64,000 nt of DNA from Candidatus Cloacimonadales bacterium (GTDB lineage Bacteria; Cloacimonadota; Cloacimonadia; Cloacimonadales; JAFGVF01). This document shows positions 30,680 to 40,600 of the stretch, in pieces. The translations under genes and the position numbers were made by a program. How positions within the stretch are numbered: position 1 is the first letter of the stretch; each line of letters begins with the position of its first letter. The stretch spans positions 704,001 through 768,000 of the forward strand of contig OY762964.1 in assembly GCA_963667035.1 (NCBI GenBank). Direction: 5' to 3'. The notes beneath the pieces were generated by a model, which was not told the origin of the DNA, made no database searches, and saw nothing but the letters and a program-made list of their open reading frames with translations.

Positions 30680-30771
30680 CCACTGCTTTTCCACTGTGCA
30701 CGCACTGTGAACTCAGTAACACAGTGCATGGATAGTGCGTTCACAGTGGAATCACAGTGCGAACACAGTGC
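30680..30771. repeat. inverted array of 11-bp CACAGTG-core units (element C)
   Basis: Left: CCACTGCTTTT, CCACTGTGCAC, GCACTGTGAAC; right: TAACACAGTGC, ATGGATAGTGC, GTTCACAGTGG, AATCACAGTGC, GAACACAGTGC. Confidence 0.8.
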
Positions 30772-30818
30772 GTTGGTAGAGTATGGAGTGTTAGATAACA
30801 GTGAGGGGTCAAAATGAT

Positions 30819-31160
30819 TGTACTGTCCTGGATAGGTTACCCTAAAAAGGGACAGGAAAAATGATGAGTAAAGAGACAACGAAAAGGTACCAACGTAGTT
30901 ATAGTGTTGTATTTAAAATGAAAGTAGTGGACGAAATTGAGAACGGATATTTAACTCAGGGAGAAGCTCAACGGCTTTATCACATATCTAGTATATCCAC
31001 AATCCAAGGGTGGATTAAGAAGTATGGAATGAACGCAAAAATAGAATGGACGGTACTTATTATGAGTAAAGATGAACAATCAGAATTGATTCGCTTACGC
31101 AAGGAGAATAGACGCCTTCAGCGTGCACTTGATGACAGTTATCTAAAAGAGTTAGCACTT
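30819..31160 (+). mobile_element. truncated IS3-family element (left end plus orfA fragment)
   Basis: Begins TGTACTGTCCTGGATAGG; ORF 30861-31214 has the OrfA HTH 'YSVVFKMKVVDEIENG..T..EAQRLY.I....TIQGWIKKYG...ELIRLRKENRRL'; no orfB. Confidence 0.7.
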
Positions 31161-31200
31161 GTCACCCTGAGCGGAATGAGTTTGTCGAATGTAGTCGAAC
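31160..31200 (+). repeat. REP-like remnant at the IS3 truncation point
   Basis: TGTCACCCTGAGCGG...AGTCGAA resembles the recalled GTCA(C/T)CCTGAGCG.AGTCGAAG repeat of FCB-group genomes. Confidence 0.4.
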
Positions 31201-31633
31201 TGGTCTCTCAATAAATCTTTAGTATTTAACAGTTCAAAGTATTAACTCATTTGGTGCTAAACAAACAATAGTTATCCGGGAGTAATACAATGGCATGCTC
31301 TCTATTAAGGCATGTCTAAGAAAACAGAAATTATGCATACCGTAAATTGAGAATTATTTGATTTACAATTAATTGCAGTTGAATCTTTTTGAGAAGTTAG
31401 TAGTAAGAAATAGATAGATTTTAGGTGCTATTTATATACTTTGGAGGATAGATTGTGTCAAATTAAGGATACTCATATAAAAAATGCAAAAAAAACTTGT
31501 AAACTTAGAGATTGGGAACAGTTATTGCATTAAAACGATTTAAGTTAGTAGGAGAGTAATTATTTTTATATGGCAAAACAAGATTATGACAACTGAATTA
31601 ATACAATTAAACTAATAGAAGAGGTGTAGGCTT

Positions 31634-34600
31634 ATGAAAACAGTAAGTTTCAAATTGTTTTACGTTTTTCTAATTGCAATGTTTACACTCCTTTTACCTG
31701 CCACCGCATTTGCTGATGTATCGCCGATGGTGCAAAGCGTATGGGGAACAGGAACGGAGTGGAACAACAATTGTCCAAGTGATAATATCGGCTCAGGTGG
31801 GCACGCTGATGCAGGTACAATGGCGGTATCAACTGCTATGATAATGAAGTATTGGAATCACCCTGCAAACGGTGTAGGCTCTAATACTTATAATCATCCT
31901 GTATATGGTACTCTATTTGCCGATTTTGAAAATACTTCCTACAACTGGGAGTCAATGTCAAATACACTAGTATTAAGTGGTTCAAGAGTGCTAATCTCTC
32001 AAGCAGGTATTGCTTTGAACATGGATTATGGTACCAATGCTTCTTATGCTCCTATCGACAATGCCTTTACAGCATTAACTAATAACTTCAGATATGACGG
32101 TACTGCTCAATTGGTTAATAGAGATGACTATTCCAATGCAGCTTGGGAACAGCTTCTCAAGTATGAGTTAAATCAGGGAAGACCTATTTTATATAAGGCT
32201 GATACTCAGGACGGAGAAATTGGTTTTGTGATTGACGGATGGCGGAATGGTAATGAATTTCATGTTAACTGGGGCAAAGATGGCAATCTAAACGGTTACT
32301 TTACTATTGATTCTTTTAACTATGAAGGGATTGACCTTACAAATGGTCATAGAGCCGTTATTGGAATCTACCCAAGTTTAGGACCTCAGACTGTTGATGA
32401 GAACTTTGAAGGTGATTTCTCAGGATTTAACTGGCAGTTTGGAGGAAATTCCGATTGGACAATTACTACTAATGAACATTATTATGGTGTTCAATCTGCT
32501 AAGTCAGGTCAGATAAACCATAACCAGACATCCAGTTTGTATGTTCAGATAAATGTGGAAGCCGATGATGTAATTTCATTTAATCGTAAAGTTTCCTGTG
32601 AAAACTCCATGGGTTGGGAACCAACCTTTGACTATCTGTCTTTCTGGATAGATGATAATGAAATGGATAGATGGGATGGACAAACTACTTGGTCTTATGA
32701 AGAGTATCCTGTGACTGCAGGTGTCCATACTTTCAAATGGGAGTATAGAAAAGACGGTGCAACTATTGAAGGGCAGGACTGTGCGTGGATTGATGCAATC
32801 GATTTTCCTAATGGTGAGACCCCACTAAATCCGGTACAAAATTTCACAGCTGAAGTGGTTAATAACAACGATGTTGAAATGAACTGGGATATGCCTTTAG
32901 GAGCAACTAGAGACATTGTAGGGTATAGAGTTTATAGAAATGGACAAGAATTAATAACAGTAAGTAATCCTGAAGTATTAAGCTATACTGATACTAATCT
33001 TGCTAACGGAGAATACACTTATTATGTAAGAGCTTTCTATCAAGAAGGTTTATCAAATCCTTCAAACCCGATAACATTGGAAGTAGAAGTTCCTTATACT
33101 CCTACCAATTTAATTGCTGAAGTTGTTTCTGATGATGATGTAGCTTTGACATGGAGTCAACCTCCTACATTCAGAAACGGAAGATCATTAAACGGATATA
33201 AGATTTATAGAAATAATTCACTGATAGCTACTGTATCGGATGAATCAATTCTCAACTATAACGATAATGATTTGCCTCAAGCTGTGTACAGATACTATGT
33301 AACAGCCACTTATACAACAGGTGAATCTGCAGCATCCAATATAGCAATAGCATCTGTGGGAGTTCCTACTCCACCTACAGGCTTAACTGCTCAACTCGTT
33401 AATCGAAATGATGTTCTTTTGAATTGGGTAGCACCTCCAACTACACGTGAGTTATTAGGTTACAATGTCTACAGAGATGATGTTTCTATTGCTCAAGTTA
33501 ATGACGCTACTACAGTAAGCTATACTGACTTAAATGTTCCCAATGGAACTTATACATATAATGTAACAGCAATCTATTCTAACGGAGAATCTGAAGCAGG
33601 TACTTCTGCAACCATCTCAATTGAAGTAATGTATCCCCCAGTGAATCTGACTTATACAATTGAAAACCAAATAAATATTAGATTAGCTTGGGAAAGAGAT
33701 GTGAACACTCGTAATCTTCAAAGCTATTCAATCTTTAGAGATGGCCAACAGATTGCTATAATCTTTAATCCGGACAGACTTTATTATCTTGATGAAGATA
33801 TCGTAAATGGTGAGTATGAGTATTATGTTACAGCAACTTATACCTCAGGAACCTCAGAAGCTTCCAATAGTGTGAATGTATTGATGGAAGTTCTATATCC
33901 ATGCACTATCCTAAATGCAAGTGTTGATGGTGATGTGGCGACTCTAAGTTGGGATCGACCGGTTAATAGCGGAGGCTTAAGAAGTTTTAACGGTTATAAC
34001 ATTTATAGGGGAGGAAACTTAATAAGTTTTGTTGATAATCCATCAACTCTGACTTATCAAGATACAGGTTTAGCAAACGGTTATTACAACTATGAAGTTA
34101 CAGCTGTTTACACAACAGGCGAATCAATTCCCGTTTCAATTAATAATGTATTTATTGAAGTAGCTTATCCTCCAAGGAATCTTAGTGCTTCTCAAGAAGA
34201 TGATGATTTCATTTTAACTTGGAATGCTCCTGCAACTTCTGCCTCTCAGCTCTCTAGAAATGACAGAGTTACTCGTTCGATGAACGGTTACAAAGTATAT
34301 AGAGATGACACTGAAATAGCTCATATAACAGATACTGCAGTTTTAACCTATAGAGATGTTGCTTTAGTTAACGGCAACTATTCATATTATGTAACCGCTT
34401 TATATACAGCAGAGGAATCAATTCCTTCAAATGTTGTTGATATTGAAATGGATATTGCCTATCCACCGACAGCATTAGAAGGTACGGTTAATGATGATGA
34501 TATTAGCTTAAGCTGGACAGCACCTGTAAATAGTGGTGGTTTAGTTAGAAGCTTTATCAATTATAGAATCTATCGTGATGACTTGTTGATTGATACAACA

Positions 34601-37600
34601 ACAGAGTTAACCTATACAGATACTGACCTGGCAAACGGAAGCTACCGATATTATGTTACTGCAGTTCATGACGCGGGTGAGTCAACTGCTTCAAATACGG
34701 TAAATATGATTGTAGAAGTTCTATATCCTGCCAGTAACCTTAATACTGAAGTGTTCGATAAGAACAATGTAAGAATCAGTTGGATAGCTCCTGTAACAAG
34801 TGGTGGCTTAAGAAGCTTTAACGGTTACAAAGTTTATAGAAACGATGAAGAGATTGCTGAACTGAGCTCTTTGCAATATGAAGATTTAATCTTAGATAAT
34901 GGAACATATAGCTATTATGTGAAGGCCGTATATGATTCAGGTTTATCCGAAGCATCCAATAGCGATAGCAAAGTGATTGAATACCCATATCCGGTAACTA
35001 ACTTAACTGCCGTTGTTGATCAGGCAGAAGTTACATTAAATTGGGATTTACCACAAGGTACTTCCAGAAGCATTACTCATTACCAATTGTTCAGAAACGG
35101 TAATGAATTAGAAATGATAACTAATTCATTACAGACTGAGTATGTGGATAGTAATCTTTCTAATGGAACTTATACATATTATCTTGTTACTCACAATGAC
35201 TCAGATTCAGGTCCTTCTGAAGCATCCGAAGATATAACAGCTACAGTTGAAGTTCTGTATCCTCCTAGAAATCTGGTTGCTACAGTGATAGAAGACAATG
35301 TTTCCCTTAGCTGGACTGCTCCTCAAACAGGAGTCTTTGCCCGACTTGGAGCAAGAACAAGGGATTTGTTAACATACAAGGTTTATAGAGATGATGTTGA
35401 AATAGCTGAAACTACTGATCTGAGTTATGATGATAACAGCTTAAGTAATGGTACTTACAATTATAACATTAAAGCAGTTTATACTTCAGGAACTTCAGAA
35501 GCTTCCAATACTGAGGAAGTTTTAGTTGAGATTTTGTATCCTGCTACAAACTTCTCTGTAAATGTAGTTGAGGATGACGTAAGCTTAAGTTGGGATTCTC
35601 CAGCAACTTCAGGAGGTTTAACTAGAGCATTCCTTGGTTATAAGATTTATAGAGATGATGTTGAAATAGCTGATATTACAGAAACTACTTATTTTGATTC
35701 AGACTTAACTAACGGTACATACAGTTATTATGTTGTCGCTGAATATACAACCGGTAGTGCTAATCCTACCGAAACTCTTCAGGCTATTGTTGAAGTATTG
35801 TATCCTCCAACAGCATTAACAGGAGAAATTGAAGACTACAATAATATCAGACTTAGTTGGACTGCTCCTGTAAACTCAGGCGGTTTGAGAGACTTTGTTG
35901 AATATGAGTTATTGAGAAACGATACTGTAATTATTACCCAAACAGAGTTAACATACTTCGATCAATTAATACCTGACGGAGATTATACATATCAAGTTAG
36001 AGCTGTTTATAGTAGTGGTACTTCAAGTTTATCAAACAGTGTATCGTTTAATGTAGAATATCCTTATCCGCCAAGTAATCTTCAAGCAAACGTTGTGGAT
36101 GATGATGTGAATTTAAGTTGGAATGCTCCAACAAATGGTCGAGTGTTTGTTCAGTATCATATATACAGAAATGATGAACTACTAGTTAGTGTAGATACTA
36201 ATTCATATAGTGATACTAACCTTCAAAACGGACATTATGAATACTATGTACAAGCAGCTTATTCAAACAGTGTATCTGAAGCTTCCAATACTGTTTCCAT
36301 AGATATGGAAGTTCTATATCCAGCTACTAACCTCAGTTACAGCACAGATCAGGATGAAGTAACTCTTACTTGGGATTCTGCAGTAACTTCAGGTGGTCTT
36401 ACTCGTAACTTCTTAGGTTACAAGATTTATAGAAATGATGCTGAAATAGCTGAAGTATCTGAGCTTACTTATACAGATGTAGATCTCGCAAATGGTGTTT
36501 ATAACTATTACATAAAAGCAAACTACACAAGTGGTTTATCAGAGTCTTCAAACACAATAACAGCAACAGTAGAAGTTCTCTATCCTGCATCTGACCTTGC
36601 TTATAGTGTTGATCAGGACGAGGTAACCCTTACTTGGAATGCTGTTGCAACATCCGGTGGACTTACACGTGATTTCTTAGGATATAAAGTCTATAGAGAT
36701 GACGTTGAAATAGCTGAAGTAACTGAGCTTACTTATACAGATGTAGATCTCACAAACGGTGTTTATGACTATTATATAAAAGCAAACTACACAAGTGGTT
36801 TATCAGAGTCTTCAAACATTGTAACAGCAACAGTAGAAGTTCTTTATCCAGCAACTAACCTTGCTTATAGCGTTGATCAGGACGAAGTAACCCTTACTTG
36901 GGATAATGCAGTAACTTCAGGTGGTCTTACTCGTGATTTCTTAGGATACAAAATCTATAGAGATGAGACAGAGATTGCGGAAGTAACCGAGCTTACTTAT
37001 ACAGATACTGACCTTGCAAACAGTGTTTATGACTACTATGTGAAAGCTAATTATACAAGTGGACTATCAGAAGCTTCGAACACGGTAACAGCAACTATAG
37101 AGGTTCTTTATCCTGCAACTAACTTAGCTTATAGCGTAGATCAGGACGAAGTAACTCTTACCTGGGATGCTGCATTAACATCAGGTGGACTTACTCGTAG
37201 CTTCTTAGGATATAAAGTCTATAGAGATGAGGAAGAGATTGCCGAAGTGACAGAGCTTACTTATACAGATGTTGACTTAGCTAACGGTGTTTATGACTAT
37301 TATGTAAAAGCAAACTACACAAGTGGCTTATCAGAGTCTTCAAACACAGTAACAGCAACAGTGGAAGTTCTTTATCCTGCAACTAACCTTGCTTATAGTG
37401 TTGATCAGGACGAAGTAACCCTTACTTGGAATGCTGCTGCAACATTCGGTGGACTCACACGTGATTTCTTAGGTTATAAAGTTTATAGAGATGACGTTGA
37501 AATAGCTGAAGTAACAGAGCTTACTTACTTAGATGCAGACCTTACAAATGGTGTTTATGACTACTACGTCAAAGCTAACTACACAAGTGGCTTATCTGAA

Positions 37601-40600
37601 GCTTCAAACACAATAACAGCAACAGTAGAAGTTCTTTATCCAGCAACTAACCTTAGTTATAGCGTTGATCAGGATGAAGTAACACTTATTTGGGATTCTG
37701 CTGTAACCTCAGGTGGACTTGATAGAAGTTTCTTAGGTTATATGATTTATAGAGATGAAGTTGAGATAGCAGAAGTACCAGAAACAACTTATACAGATAT
37801 TGACCTTGCAAATGGTGTATATGACTACTATGTAATAGCTAATTATGCAAGTGGCTTATCAGAGACTTCAAACACAGTAACAGCAACAGTGGAAGTTCTT
37901 TATCCAGCAACTAACCTTGCTTATAGCGTTGATCAGGACGAAGTAACCCTTACTTGGGATGCTGCAGTAACTTCAGGTGGTTTGTTACGTGACTTCTTAG
38001 GTTATAAGATTTATAGAGATGAAGTTGAGATAGCAGAAGTAACAGAGCTTACTTATACAGACACTGACCTTACAAATGGTGTTTATAGCTACTATGTTAA
38101 AGCTAATTATACAAGCGGACTATCAGAAGCTTCAAACACAATAACAGCAACAGTAGAAGTTCTTTATCCAGCAACTAACCTTAATTACAGTGTTGATCAG
38201 GATGAAGTGACTCTTACTTGGGATGCTGCAGTTGTAACCGGTGGTCTTGATAGAAGTTTCTTAGGTTATAAGATTTATCGAAACAATTTGGAGATTGCTG
38301 AAGTTACCGAGTTAACTTATACAGATGTAGATCTTGCAAATGGAATTTACAACTACTATGTAAGAGCTGATTACACAAGTGGATTAGCTGAAGCTTCCAA
38401 TACAGTTTCAGCAACAGTGGAAGTTCTTTATCCTGCAACTAATCTTAGTTATAGTGTAAATCAGGATGAAGTAACTCTTAGTTGGACAGCAGTTGTTACG
38501 GAGGGTGGTCTAGACAGATCCTTCTTAGGCTACAAAATCTATAGGGATGATGTAGAAATTGCTGAAACAGTAATGACTACTTATGTAGATGTAGATCTTG
38601 CTAACGGAACTTATGATTATTATATAGAAGCTAATTATACAAGCGGACTATCAGAAGCTTCAAACACAGTGACAGCAACAGTAGAAGTTCTTTATCCTGC
38701 AACTAACCTTGCTTATAGCGTAGATCAGGATGAAGTATCCCTAACTTGGGATGCACCTATAACAGTAGGTGGATTGACTCGCAGTTTTGTGGGTTATAAG
38801 GTATATCGTGACCTTATGGAAATAGCTGAAGTTGCGGAGCTAGGCTATACAGATACAGGCTTAGCAAACGGAACATATTCATACAGTGTAAAAGCGGTCT
38901 ATGATTCAGGTTTATCAGCATATTCAAACTCCGTTGAAGTGCTAATTGAAGTTCTCTATCCTGCTCAGAATCTCAGTGGTGCTGTTACCAATGACGATGT
39001 AGCTTTAACTTGGAATGCTCCATCAGTATCAGGAAGTAGAAGCTTAACCGGATACAAAGTATATAGAGATAATGTAGAAATCGGCGATGTTACCGAGTTA
39101 TCCTATAATGACGAAGATTTAGCAAACGGAACATATACTTATCACGTTGTAGCATATTATACAACTGGCGATTCAGAACCTTCAAATAGTTTTGTTGCAG
39201 AAGTTGATGTACCTTATGCACCTTCTAATCTTACCGGAAGCGTAAATGAAGATACGGTTACACTTAACTGGGATTTACCTGCAGTTTCGGGTGGATTAAG
39301 AAGTTTCAACGGATATTTTATTTATAGAAATGGTGGGTTAATAACAGTATTGAACAACTCATCAGCACAAACTTACTTTGATGAGAATCTTGCTAACGGT
39401 GATTATGAGTATTATATAGTTGCCTACTATGATAGTGGACTTTCAGCGGCTTCTAATACAGTTACAGTAAATGTAAATGTATTACCTGACCTATTCCCTC
39501 CAACTAACCTCCAGGCAGTTGTTAATAATCTTAGGGATGTTACTCTTTCATGGGTTGCTCCTGAGAATAATCCTGTAAGTTACAAAGTTTATCGTAATTC
39601 AGTAGAGATTGCTGAAGTTTCTATGACTGTATTCAACGAGACATTGATTGAGAACGGAACCTATACTTACTGGGTGAAAGCAGTTTATAATGAAGGTATC
39701 TCATCTAATTCAAACTCGGTAATTGTTAACGTTGAAGTAGCTTATGCTCCTAGTGATTTAGTAACTTCAGTTGATGATAACGATGTTTCTTTAACTTGGA
39801 CTAATCCGGAAGCCGGAGAGATTGGAATAATAGTATACAGAGATGATGTTGAGATTGCTTTGATTAATAATAGTACAACTAATACATATACTGACATGAA
39901 TCTCATGAACGGTACTTACAGCTATCACTTAAAAGCTATTTATACATCAACAGTTTCACAAGCCTCTGCATCTGCATCTGCAACAGTTGAGATAATATAT
40001 CCTGTCTCTGCACTTCAATATGAAGTAAATACCGACAGTGTTACTCTTAACTGGAGTGAACCACTTGACCCTACCGGTCTTGTTAACTACAAGGTATATA
40101 GAAATGCTGAAATGATTGCTACAGAGACTACACTCAGTTATACAGATAATGGTCTTGTTAACGGTGATTATGACTACTATATCGTTGCTCAGTATTCTAC
40201 CGGAGATTCTAATCCTTCTAACACAGTTACAGCTTTAGTTCAGGTTGCATATCCTGTTCAGAATGTACAAACTGCTGTTAACGGTGATGAAGTTACTGTA
40301 AGCTGGGATGAACCTTCTGATGTTGTTGGACTTCAATCATATAGTATTGAAAGAGAAGGTGAGTTTGTCGGTTCAACTCAACAGTTAAACTTCACAGATA
40401 CAGATGTTGTAAACGGTATTTATACTTACACTGTAAAAGCTAGTTATGAAGTAGGATTTTCAGAACCTGTAAATGCTATACCTGAAACAATTGTGCTTGT
40501 TGCTTATGCTCCAACTGCACTTACGCAACAGATTAATGAAAATATAGTTACACTGAACTGGAATGAGCCATCTGATATGAATGCCTTCCAAGTTTATAAT

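Noticed and set aside
30680..30771. CACAGTG heptamers as RAG/Transib recombination signals, or the array as a CRISPR
   Set aside because: No nonamer at 12/23 spacing and no such transposase; the units are contiguous 11-mers without unique spacers.
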